Source: Eledone cirrhosa | Taxonomy: Eukaryota | DNA: 64,000 nucleotides | Reading direction: 5' to 3' | Assembly (NCBI GenBank): GCA_964016885.1 | Contig: OZ024755.1 | Location: 44,392,001-44,456,000 of the forward strand | Part shown: positions 1 through 14,700 of the stretch, in pieces | Layout: every line of letters begins with the position of its first letter | Position numbering within the stretch: the first letter of the stretch is position 1 | Made by a program: the position numbers and the translations under genes | Notes under the pieces: generated by a model | What the model saw: only the letters and a program-made list of their open reading frames with translations | Databases searched by the model: none | What the model was told of the DNA's origin: nothing

Positions 1-488
1 GTACCATAGTTGACAGTACCAACGTATACTGTGAACCACTGTTGGCAATACCAACATATACTGTGTACCACAGTTGACAGTACCAACATATACAGTGTAC
101 CACAGTTGACAGTACCAACATATACTGTGTACCACAGTTGACAGTACCAACATATACTGTATACCACAGTTGAAAGTACCAACATGTACCGTGAACCACA
201 GTTGACAGTACCAACGTATACTGTGTACCACAGTTGAGAGTACCAACGTATAGTGTGTACCACAGTTGACAGTACCAACATATACTGTGTACCACAGTTG
301 ACAGTACCAACATATAGTGTGTACCACAGTTCACAGTACCAACGTATACTGTGTACCACATTTGACAGTACCAACATATAATGTGTACCACAGTTGACAG
401 TACCAACATATACGGTGTACCACTGTTGACAGTACCAACATATACCGTGTACCAGATTTGACAGTACCAACATATTCTGTGTACCACT

Positions 489-3400
489 GTTCACAGTACC
501 AACATATACTGTGTACCACAGTTGAAAGTACCAACGTATACTGTGTACCACAGTTGACAACACCAACATATACTGTGTACCACAGTTGACAGTACCAACA
601 TATACTGTATACCACAGTTGACAGTACCAACATAGACTGTGTACCACAGTTGAGAGTACCAACATTTACTGTGTACCACAGTTGACAGTACCAACATATA
701 CTGTATACCACAGTTGAAAGTACCAACATATACTGTGTACCACTGTTGAAAGTACCAACATATACTGTGTACCACAGTTGACAGTACCAACATATACTGT
801 GTACTACAGCTGACACTACCAACATATACTTGTACCTCAGTTAACAGTACTACCATATATTGTGTACCACCGTTGACAATACCAACGTATACTGTGAACC
901 ACAGTTGACAATACCAACATATACTGTGTACCACAGTTGACAATACCAGCACATATAGTGTACCACAGTTGACAGTACCAACGTATACTGTGTACCACAG
1001 TTGCCAATGCCAACATATACTGTGTACCACAGTTGAGAGTACCAACATATACTGTGTACCACAGTTGACAGTACCAACATATACTGTGTACCACAGTTGA
1101 CAGTACCAACATATACTGTGTACCACGGTTGACAGTACCAACATATACTGTGTACCACAGTTGACAGTACCAACATATACTGTGTACCATAGTTGACATT
1201 ACCAACGTATATTGTGTACCACAGTTGACAGTACCTACATGTACTGTGTACCACAGTTGACAGTACCAACATATACTGTGTACCACAGTTGACAGTACCA
1301 ACGTATACTGTGTACCACAGTTGACAGTACCAACATATAACGTGTACCACAGTTGGCAGTACCATCATATACTTTGTACCACAGTTGACAGTACCAACAT
1401 ATACTGTGTACCACAGTTGACAGTACTAACATATACTGTGTACCATAGTTGACATTACCAACGTATATTGTGTACCACAGTTGACAGTACCAACATACAC
1501 CGTGTACAAGAGTTGACAGTACCAACATATACTGTGTACCACAGTTGCGAGTACCAACATAAACTGTGTACCACAGTTGACAGTACCAACATATACTGTG
1601 TACCACAGTTGACAGTACCAACATATACTGTGTACGACAGTTGACAGTACCAACATATACTGTATACCACAGTTGACAGTACCAACACATACTGTGTACC
1701 ACAGTTGACAGTACCAACATATACTGTGTACCACAGTTGACAGTACCAACATATACTGTGTACCACAGTTGACAGTACCAACATATATAGTGTACCACAG
1801 TTGACAGTACTAACATATACTGTGTACTACAGTTGACAGTACCAACATATACTGTGTACCACAGTTGAGAGTACCAACATGTACTGTGTACCACAGTTGA
1901 CAGTACCAACATATACTGTGTACCACAGTTGGCAGTACCAACATATACAGTGTACCACAATTGACAGTACCAACATATACTGTGTACCACAGTTGACAGT
2001 ACCAACATGTACCGTGAACCACAGTTGACAGTACCAACTATACTGTGTACCACAGTTGAGAGTACCAACGTATACTGTGTACCACAGTTGACAGTACCAA
2101 CATATACTGTGTACCACACTTGACAGTACCAACATATACTGTGTACCACAGTTGACAGTACCAACATATACTGTGTACCATAGTTGACAGTACCAACGTA
2201 TATTGTGTACCACAGTTGAGAGTACCAACATACAACGTGTACGACAGTTGACAGTAAAAACATATACTGTGTACCACAGTTGAGAGTACCAACATAAACT
2301 GTGTACCACAGTTGACAGTACCAACATATACTGTGTACCACAGTTGACAGTACCAACATATACTGTGTACCACAGTTGACAGTACCAACATATACTGTGT
2401 ACCACAGTTGACAGTACCAACATATACTGTGTACCACAGTTGACAGTACCAACATATACTGTGTACCACAGTTGACAGTACTAACATATACTGTGTACTA
2501 GAGTTGACAGTACCATCATATACTGTGTACCACAGTTGACAGTACCAACATATACTGTGTACCACAGTTGGCAGTACCAACATATAATGTGTACCTCAGT
2601 TGACAGTACCAACATATACTGTGTACCACAGTTGACAGTACCAACGTATACTCTGTACCACAGTTGACAGTACCAACGTATACTATGTACCACAGTTGGC
2701 AGTACCAATATATAATGTGTACCTCAGTTGACAGTACCAATATATACTGTGTAACACAGTTGACAATACCAACATATAATGTGTACCACAGTTGACAGTA
2801 CCAACGTATACTGTGAACCACTGTTGGCAATACCAACATATACTGTGTACCACAGTTGACAGAACCAACATATACAGTGTACCACAGTTGACAGTACCAA
2901 CATATACTGTGTACCACAGTTGACAGTACCAACATATACTGTGTACCACAGTTGACAGTACCAACATGTACCGTGAACCACAGTTGACAGTACCAACGTA
3001 TACTGTGTACCACAGTTGAGAGTACCAACGTATAGTGTGTACCATAGTTGACAGTACCAACATATACTGTGTACCACAGTTGACAGTACCAACATATACT
3101 GTGTACCACAGTTCACAGTACCAACGTATACTGTGTACCACATTTGACAGTACGAACATATACTGTGTACCACAGTTGACAGTACCAACATATACTGTGT
3201 ACCACTTTTGACAGTACCAACATATACCGTGTATCACATTTGACAGTACCAACATGTACTGTGTACCACTGTTGACAGTACCAACATATACTGTGTACCA
3301 CAGTTGACAGTACCAACATGTACCGTGTACCACAGTTGACAGTACCAACGTATACTGTGTACCACAGTTGACAATACCAACATATACTGTGTACCACATT

Positions 3401-5224
3401 TGACAGTACCAACATATACTGTGTACCACAGTTGAAAGTACCAACGTATACTGTGTACCACAGTTGACAACACCAACATATACTGTGTACCACAGTTGAC
3501 AGTACCAACATATACTGTATACCACAGTTGACAGTACCAACATATACTGTGTACCAGAGTTGACAGTACCAACATATACTGTGTACCACAGTTGACAGTA
3601 CCAACATATACTGTATACCACAGTTGACAGTACCAACATATACTGTGTACCACTGTTGACAGTACCAACATATACAGTGTACCACAGTTGACAGTACCAA
3701 CATATACTGTGTACCACAGCTGACACTACCAACATATACTTGTACCTCAGTTGACAGTACTACCATATATTGTGTACCACCGTTGACAATACCAACGTAT
3801 ACTGTGTACCACAGTTGACAGTACCAAAGTATACTGTGCACCACAGTTGACAGTACCAACATATACTGTGTACCACAGTTGACAATACCAACATATACTG
3901 TGTACCACAGTTGACAATACCAACACATATAGTGTACCACAGTTGACAATACCAACACATATAGTGTACCACAGTTGACAGTACCAACGTATACTGTGTA
4001 CCACAGTTGCCAATGCCAACATATACTGTGTACCACAGTTGAGAGTACCAACATGTACCGTGTACCACAGTTGACAGTACCAACGTATACTGTGTACCAC
4101 AGTTGACAGTACCAACGTATACTGTTTACCACAGTTGACAATACCAACATATACTGTGTACCAGAGTTGACAGTACCCACGTACACAGTGTACCACAGTT
4201 GACAGTTCCAACATATATGGTGTACCACTGTTGATACTACCGACATATACTGTGTAGCACAGTTGACAGTACTAACATATACTGTGTACCACAGTTGAGA
4301 GTACCACCATATACTGGGTACCACTGTTGACAGTACCAACATATACTGTGTACCACAGTTGACAGTACCAACATATACTGTGTACCACAGTTGACAGTAC
4401 CAACATATACTGTGTACCACAGTTGACAGTACTAACATATACTGTGTACTACAGTTGACAGTACCAACATATACTGTGTAACAGAGTTGACAGTACCAAC
4501 ATGTACTGTGTACCACAGTTGACAGTACCAACATATACTGTGTACCACAGTTGGCAGTACCAACATATAATGTGTACCTCAGTTGACAGTACCAACACAT
4601 ACTGTGTACCACAGTTGACAGTACCAACGTATACTGTGTACCACAGTTGACAGTACCAACGTTTACTGTGTACCACAGTTGACAGTACCAATATATACTG
4701 TGTAACACAGTTGACAATACCAACATATAATGTGTACCACAGTTGACAGTACCAACGTATACTGTGAACCACTGTTGGCAATACCAACATATACTGTGTA
4801 CCACAGTTGACAGTACCAACATATACAGTGTACCACAGTTGACAGTACCAACATATACTGTGTACCACAGTTGACAGTACCAACATATACTGTATACCAC
4901 AGTTGACAGTACCAACATGTAACGTGAACCACAGTTGACAGTACCAACGTATACTGTGTACCACAGTTGAGAGTACCAACGTATAGTGTGTACCACAGTT
5001 GACAGTACCAACATACACTGTGTACCACAGTTGACAGTACCAACATATACTGTGTACCACAGTTCACAGTACCAACGTATACTGTGTACCACATTTGACA
5101 GTACCAACATATACTGTGTACCACAGTTGACAGTACCAACATATACGGTGTACCACTGTTGACAGTACCAACATATACCGTGTACCAGATTTGACAGTAC
5201 CAACATATTCTGTGTACCACTGTT
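489..5224 (+). repeat. HOR-A copy 1 (~4,733 bp, 148 monomers)
   Basis: Identical variant-defined ORFs recur at +6,531 (491/7022, 1235/7766, 2683/9214, 4449/10980). Position 1 aligns to 6532 and the match breaks at about 5225/11756. Confidence 0.88.
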
Positions 5225-7019
5225 GACAGTACCAACATATACCTTGTACCACAGTTCACAGTACCAACGTATACTGTTTATGTTACCACAGTTGACAGTA
5301 CCAACATATACTGTGTACCACAGTTGAGACTACCAACATATACTGGGTACCACTGTTGACAGTAACAACATATACTATGTACCACAGCTGACAGTACCAA
5401 CATATACTGTGTACCACAGTTGACAGTACCAACGTATACAGGGTACCACATTTGACACTACCAACATATACTGTGTAACACAGTTGACAGTACCAACATA
5501 TACTGTATACCACAGTTGACAGTACCGACATATACTGTGTACCACAGTTGACAATACCAACATATACTTTGTACCACGGTTGACAGTACCAACGTATACT
5601 GTGTACCACTGTTGACAATATCATCATATACTGTGTACCACAGTTGACATTACCAACATATACAGTGTACCACAGTTGACAGTACCAACATATACTGTGT
5701 ACCACAGTTGACAGTACCAACATATACTGTGTACCACAGTTGACAGTACCAACAGGTACCGTGAACCATAGTTGACAGTACCAACGTATACTGTGTACCA
5801 CAATTGAGAGTACCAGCGTATAGTGTGTATCACACTTGACAGTACCAACATATACTGTGTACCACAGTTGACAGTATCAACATATACTGTGTACCATAGT
5901 TGACAGTACCAACGTATATTGTGTACCACAGTTGACAGTACCAACATACACCGTGTACGACAGTTGACAGTACCAACATATACTGTGTACCACATTTGAG
6001 AGTACCAACATAAACTGTGTACCACAGTTGACAGTACCAACATATACTGTGTACCACAGTTGACAGTACCAACATATACTGTGTACCACAGTTGACAGTA
6101 CCAACATATACTGTATACCACAGTTGACAGTACCAACATATACTGTGTACCACAGTTGACAGTACCAACATATACTGTGTACCACAGTTGACAGTACCAA
6201 CATATACTGTGTACCACAGTTGACAGTACTAACATATACTGTGTACTATAGTTGACAGTACCAACATATACTGTGTAACAGAGTTGACAGTACCAACATG
6301 TACTGTGTACCACAGTTGACAGTACCAAATATATACTGTGTACCACAGTTGGCAGTACCAACATATAATGCGTACCTCAGTTGACAGAACCAACATATAC
6401 TGTGTACCACAGTTGACAGTACCAACGTATACTGTGTACCACAGTTGACAGTACCAACGTTTACTGTGTACCACAGTTGACAGTACCAATATATACTGTG
6501 TAACACAGTTGACAATACCAACATATAATGTGTACCATAGTTGACAGTACCAACGTATACTGTGAACCACTGTTGGCAATACCAACATATACTGTGTACC
6601 ACAGTTGACAGTACCAACATATACAGTGTACCACAGTTGACAGTACCAACATATACTGTGTACCACAGTTGACAGTACCAACATATACTGTATACCACAG
6701 TTGAAAGTACCAACATGTACCGTGAACCACAGTTGACAGTACCAACGTATACTGTGTACCACAGTTGAGAGTACCAACGTATAGTGTGTACCACAGTTGA
6801 CAGTACCAACATATACTGTGTACCACAGTTGACAGTACCAACATATAGTGTGTACCACAGTTCACAGTACCAACGTATACTGTGTACCACATTTGACAGT
6901 ACCAACATATAATGTGTACCACAGTTGACAGTACCAACATATACGGTGTACCACTGTTGACAGTACCAACATATACCGTGTACCAGATTTGACAGTACCA
7001 ACATATTCTGTGTACCACT
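5225..7019 (+). repeat. ~1,798-bp (56-monomer) block of the same satellite between HOR-A copies 1 and 2
   Basis: 6,531-4,733=1,798=56x32+6, matching the +5 insertion at ~5278 and the +1 insertion (GTACCAAATATATAC) at ~6328. It carries several private variants. Confidence 0.8.
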
Positions 7020-10000
7020 GTTCACAGTACCAACATATACTGTGTACCACAGTTGAAAGTACCAACGTATACTGTGTACCACAGTTGACAACACCAACAT
7101 ATACTGTGTACCACAGTTGACAGTACCAACATATACTGTATACCACAGTTGACAGTACCAACATAGACTGTGTACCACAGTTGAGAGTACCAACATTTAC
7201 TGTGTACCACAGTTGACAGTACCAACATATACTGTATACCACAGTTGAAAGTACCAACATATACTGTGTACCACTGTTGAAAGTACCAACATATACTGTG
7301 TACCACAGTTGACAGTACCAACATATACTGTGTACTACAGCTGACACTACCAACATATACTTGTACCTCAGTTAACAGTACTACCATATATTGTGTACCA
7401 CCGTTGACAATACCAACGTATACTGTGAACCACAGTTGACAATACCAACATATACTGTGTACCACAGTTGACAATACCAGCACATATAGTGTACCACAGT
7501 TGACAGTACCAACGTATACTGTGTACCACAGTTGCCAATGCCAACATATACTGTGTACCACAGTTGAGAGTACCAACATATACTGTGTACCACAGTTGAC
7601 AGTACCAACATATACTGTGTACCACAGTTGACAGTACCAACATATACTGTGTACCACGGTTGACAGTACCAACATATACTGTGTACCACAGTTGACAGTA
7701 CCAACATATACTGTGTACCATAGTTGACATTACCAACGTATATTGTGTACCACAGTTGACAGTACCTACATGTACTGTGTACCACAGTTGACAGTACCAA
7801 CATATACTGTGTACCACAGTTGACAGTACCAACGTATACTGTGTACCACAGTTGACAGTACCAACATATAACGTGTACCACAGTTGGCAGTACCATCATA
7901 TACTTTGTACCACAGTTGACAGTACCAACATATACTGTGTACCACAGTTGACAGTACTAACATATACTGTGTACCATAGTTGACATTACCAACGTATATT
8001 GTGTACCACAGTTGACAGTACCAACATACACCGTGTACAAGAGTTGACAGTACCAACATATACTGTGTACCACAGTTGCGAGTACCAACATAAACTGTGT
8101 ACCACAGTTGACAGTACCAACATATACTGTGTACCACAGTTGACAGTACCAACATATACTGTGTACGACAGTTGACAGTACCAACATATACTGTATACCA
8201 CAGTTGACAGTACCAACACATACTGTGTACCACAGTTGACAGTACCAACATATACTGTGTACCACAGTTGACAGTACCAACATATACTGTGTACCACAGT
8301 TGACAGTACCAACATATATAGTGTACCACAGTTGACAGTACTAACATATACTGTGTACTACAGTTGACAGTACCAACATATACTGTGTACCACAGTTGAG
8401 AGTACCAACATGTACTGTGTACCACAGTTGACAGTACCAACATATACTGTGTACCACAGTTGGCAGTACCAACATATACAGTGTACCACAATTGACAGTA
8501 CCAACATATACTGTGTACCACAGTTGACAGTACCAACATGTACCGTGAACCACAGTTGACAGTACCAACTATACTGTGTACCACAGTTGAGAGTACCAAC
8601 GTATACTGTGTACCACAGTTGACAGTACCAACATATACTGTGTACCACACTTGACAGTACCAACATATACTGTGTACCACAGTTGACAGTACCAACATAT
8701 ACTGTGTACCATAGTTGACAGTACCAACGTATATTGTGTACCACAGTTGAGAGTACCAACATACAACGTGTACGACAGTTGACAGTAAAAACATATACTG
8801 TGTACCACAGTTGAGAGTACCAACATAAACTGTGTACCACAGTTGACAGTACCAACATATACTGTGTACCACAGTTGACAGTACCAACATATACTGTGTA
8901 CCACAGTTGACAGTACCAACATATACTGTGTACCACAGTTGACAGTACCAACATATACTGTGTACCACAGTTGACAGTACCAACATATACTGTGTACCAC
9001 AGTTGACAGTACTAACATATACTGTGTACTAGAGTTGACAGTACCATCATATACTGTGTACCACAGTTGACAGTACCAACATATACTGTGTACCACAGTT
9101 GGCAGTACCAACATATAATGTGTACCTCAGTTGACAGTACCAACATATACTGTGTACCACAGTTGACAGTACCAACGTATACTCTGTACCACAGTTGACA
9201 GTACCAACGTATACTATGTACCACAGTTGGCAGTACCAATATATAATGTGTACCTCAGTTGACAGTACCAATATATACTGTGTAACACAGTTGACAATAC
9301 CAACATATAATGTGTACCACAGTTGACAGTACCAACGTATACTGTGAACCACTGTTGGCAATACCAACATATACTGTGTACCACAGTTGACAGAACCAAC
9401 ATATACAGTGTACCACAGTTGACAGTACCAACATATACTGTGTACCACAGTTGACAGTACCAACATATACTGTGTACCACAGTTGACAGTACCAACATGT
9501 ACCGTGAACCACAGTTGACAGTACCAACGTATACTGTGTACCACAGTTGAGAGTACCAACGTATAGTGTGTACCATAGTTGACAGTACCAACATATACTG
9601 TGTACCACAGTTGACAGTACCAACATATACTGTGTACCACAGTTCACAGTACCAACGTATACTGTGTACCACATTTGACAGTACGAACATATACTGTGTA
9701 CCACAGTTGACAGTACCAACATATACTGTGTACCACTTTTGACAGTACCAACATATACCGTGTATCACATTTGACAGTACCAACATGTACTGTGTACCAC
9801 TGTTGACAGTACCAACATATACTGTGTACCACAGTTGACAGTACCAACATGTACCGTGTACCACAGTTGACAGTACCAACGTATACTGTGTACCACAGTT
9901 GACAATACCAACATATACTGTGTACCACATTTGACAGTACCAACATATACTGTGTACCACAGTTGAAAGTACCAACGTATACTGTGTACCACAGTTGACA

Positions 10001-11752
10001 ACACCAACATATACTGTGTACCACAGTTGACAGTACCAACATATACTGTATACCACAGTTGACAGTACCAACATATACTGTGTACCAGAGTTGACAGTAC
10101 CAACATATACTGTGTACCACAGTTGACAGTACCAACATATACTGTATACCACAGTTGACAGTACCAACATATACTGTGTACCACTGTTGACAGTACCAAC
10201 ATATACAGTGTACCACAGTTGACAGTACCAACATATACTGTGTACCACAGCTGACACTACCAACATATACTTGTACCTCAGTTGACAGTACTACCATATA
10301 TTGTGTACCACCGTTGACAATACCAACGTATACTGTGTACCACAGTTGACAGTACCAAAGTATACTGTGCACCACAGTTGACAGTACCAACATATACTGT
10401 GTACCACAGTTGACAATACCAACATATACTGTGTACCACAGTTGACAATACCAACACATATAGTGTACCACAGTTGACAATACCAACACATATAGTGTAC
10501 CACAGTTGACAGTACCAACGTATACTGTGTACCACAGTTGCCAATGCCAACATATACTGTGTACCACAGTTGAGAGTACCAACATGTACCGTGTACCACA
10601 GTTGACAGTACCAACGTATACTGTGTACCACAGTTGACAGTACCAACGTATACTGTTTACCACAGTTGACAATACCAACATATACTGTGTACCAGAGTTG
10701 ACAGTACCCACGTACACAGTGTACCACAGTTGACAGTTCCAACATATATGGTGTACCACTGTTGATACTACCGACATATACTGTGTAGCACAGTTGACAG
10801 TACTAACATATACTGTGTACCACAGTTGAGAGTACCACCATATACTGGGTACCACTGTTGACAGTACCAACATATACTGTGTACCACAGTTGACAGTACC
10901 AACATATACTGTGTACCACAGTTGACAGTACCAACATATACTGTGTACCACAGTTGACAGTACTAACATATACTGTGTACTACAGTTGACAGTACCAACA
11001 TATACTGTGTAACAGAGTTGACAGTACCAACATGTACTGTGTACCACAGTTGACAGTACCAACATATACTGTGTACCACAGTTGGCAGTACCAACATATA
11101 ATGTGTACCTCAGTTGACAGTACCAACACATACTGTGTACCACAGTTGACAGTACCAACGTATACTGTGTACCACAGTTGACAGTACCAACGTTTACTGT
11201 GTACCACAGTTGACAGTACCAATATATACTGTGTAACACAGTTGACAATACCAACATATAATGTGTACCACAGTTGACAGTACCAACGTATACTGTGAAC
11301 CACTGTTGGCAATACCAACATATACTGTGTACCACAGTTGACAGTACCAACATATACAGTGTACCACAGTTGACAGTACCAACATATACTGTGTACCACA
11401 GTTGACAGTACCAACATATACTGTATACCACAGTTGACAGTACCAACATGTAACGTGAACCACAGTTGACAGTACCAACGTATACTGTGTACCACAGTTG
11501 AGAGTACCAACGTATAGTGTGTACCACAGTTGACAGTACCAACATACACTGTGTACCACAGTTGACAGTACCAACATATACTGTGTACCACAGTTCACAG
11601 TACCAACGTATACTGTGTACCACATTTGACAGTACCAACATATACTGTGTACCACAGTTGACAGTACCAACATATACGGTGTACCACTGTTGACAGTACC
11701 AACATATACCGTGTACCAGATTTGACAGTACCAACATATTCTGTGTACCACT
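7020..11752 (+). repeat. HOR-A copy 2 (4,733 bp, 148 monomers)
   Basis: ORF offsets of 4,733 to the next copy (7022/11755, 7766/12499, 9214/13947, 10980/15713). 148x32-3=4,733, and three 1-bp deletion monomers are seen (~7360, ~8569, ~10270). Confidence 0.9.
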
Positions 11753-14700
11753 GTTCACAGTACCAACATATACTGTGTACCACAGTTGAAAGTACCAACG
11801 TATACTGTGTACCACAGTTGACAACACCAACATATACTGTGTACCACAGTTGACAGTACCAACATATACTGTATACCACAGTTGACAGTACCAACATAGA
11901 CTGTGTACCACAGTTGAGAGTACCAACATTTACTGTGTACCACAGTTGACAGTACCAACATATACGGTATACCACAGTTGAAAGTACCAACATATACTGT
12001 GTACCACTGTTGAAAGTACCAACATATACTGTGTACCACAGTTGACAGTACCAACATATACTGTGTACCACAGCTGACACTACCAACATATACTTGTACC
12101 TCAGTTAACAGTACTACCATATATTGTGTACCACCGTTGACAATACCAACGTATACTGTGAACCACAGTTGACAATACCAACATATACTGTGTACCACAG
12201 TTGACAATACCAGCACATATAGTGTACCACAGTTGACAGTACCAACGTATACTGTGTACCACAGTTGCCAATGCCAACATATACTGTGTACCACAGTTGA
12301 GAGTACCAACATATACTGTGTACCACAGTTGACAGTACCAACATATACTGTGTACCACAGTTGACAGTACCAACATATACTGTGTACCACGGTTGACAGT
12401 ACCAACATATACTGTGTACCACAGTTGACAGTACCAACATATACTGTGTACCATAGTTGACATTACCAACGTATATTGTGTACCACAGTTGACAGTACCT
12501 ACATGTACTGTGTACCACAGTTGACAGTACCAACATATACTGTGTACCACAGTTGACAGTACCAACGTATACTGTGTACCACAGTTGACAGTACCAACAT
12601 ATAACGTGTACCACAGTTGGCAGTACCATCATATACTTTGTACCACAGTTGACAGTACCAACATATACTGTGTACCACAGTTGACAGTACTAACATATAC
12701 TGTGTACCATAGTTGACATTACCAACGTATATTGTGTACCACAGTTGACAGTACCAACATACACCGTGTACAAGAGTTGACAGTACCAACATATACTGTG
12801 TACCACAGTTGCGAGTACCAACATAAACTGTGTACCACAGTTGACAGTACCAACATATACTGTGTACCACAGTTGACAGTACCAACATATACTGTGTACG
12901 ACAGTTGACAGTACCAACATATACTGTATACCACAGTTGACAGTACCAACACATACTGTGTACCACAGTTGACAGTACCAACATATACTGTGTACCACAG
13001 TTGACAGTACCAACATATACTGTGTACCACAGTTGACAGTACCAACATATATAGTGTACCACAGTTGACAGTACTAACATATACTGTGTACTACAGTTGA
13101 CAGTACCAACATATACTGTGTACCACAGTTGAGAGTACCAACATGTACTGTGTACCACAGTTGACAGTACCAACATATACTGTGTACCACAGTTGGCAGT
13201 ACCAACATATACAGTGTACCACAATTGACAGTACCAACATATACTGTGTACCACAGTTGACAGTACCAACATGTACCGTGAACCACAGTTGACAGTACCA
13301 ACTATACTGTGTACCACAGTTGAGAGTACCAACGTATACTGTGTACCACAGTTGACAGTACCAACATATACTGTGTACCACAGTTGACAGTACCAACATA
13401 TACTGTGTACCACAGTTGACAGTACCAACATATACTGTGTACCATAGTTGACAGTACCAACGTATATTGTGTACCACAGTTGAGAGTACCAACATACAAC
13501 GTGTACGACAGTTGACAGTAAAAACATATACTGTGTACCACAGTTGAGAGTACCAACATAAACTGTGTACCACAGTTGACAGTACCAACATATACTGTGT
13601 ACCACAGTTGACAGTACCAACATATACTGTGTACCACAGTTGACAGTACCAACATATACTGTGTACCACAGTTGACAGTACCAACATATACTGTGTACCA
13701 CAGTTGACAGTACCAACATATACTGTGTACCACAGTTGACAGTACTAACATATACTGTGTACTAGAGTTGACAGTACCAACATATACTGTGTACCACAGT
13801 TGACAGTACCAACATATACTGTGTACCACAGTTGGCAGTACCAACATATAATGTGTACCTCAGTTGACAGTACCAACATATACTGTGTACCACAGTTGAC
13901 AGTACCAACGTATACTGTGTACCACAGTTGACAGTACCAACGTATACTATGTACCACAGTTGGCAGTACCAATATATAATGTGTACCTCAGTTGACAGTA
14001 CCAATATATACTGTGTAACACAGTTGACAATACCAACATATAATGTGTACCACAGTTGACAGTACCAACGTATACTGTGAACCACTGTTGGCAATACCAA
14101 CATATACTGTGTACCACAGTTGACAGAACCAACATATACAGTGTACCACAGTTGACAGTACCAACATATACTGTGTACCACAGTTGACAGTACCAACATA
14201 TACTGTGTACCACAGTTGACAGTACCAACATGTACCGTGAACCACAGTTGACAGTACCAACGTATACTGTGTACCACAGTTGAGAGTACCAACGTATAGT
14301 GTGTACCATAGTTGACAGTACCAACATATACTGTGTACCACAGTTGACAGTACCAACATATACTGTGTACCACGGTTCACAGTACCAACGTATACTGTGT
14401 ACCACATTTGACAGTACGAACATATACTGTGTACCACAGTTGACAGTACCAACATATACTGTGTACCACTTTTGACAGTACCAACATATACCGTGTATCA
14501 CATTTGACAGTACCAACATGTACTGTGTACCACTGTTGACAGTACCAACATATACTGTGTACCACAGTTGACAGTACCAACATGTACCGTGTACCACAGT
14601 TGACAGTACCAACGTATACTGTGTACCACAGTTGACAATACCAACATATACTGTGTACCACATTTGACAGTACCAACATATACTGTGTACCACAGTTGAA

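Noticed and set aside
138-158. Bacterial sigma70 promoter (TTGACA plus TATACT/TATAAT in each monomer)
   Set aside because: The hexamers are separated by 9 bp (or 41 bp to the next monomer), not 16-18 bp, and there is no downstream gene or prokaryotic context.
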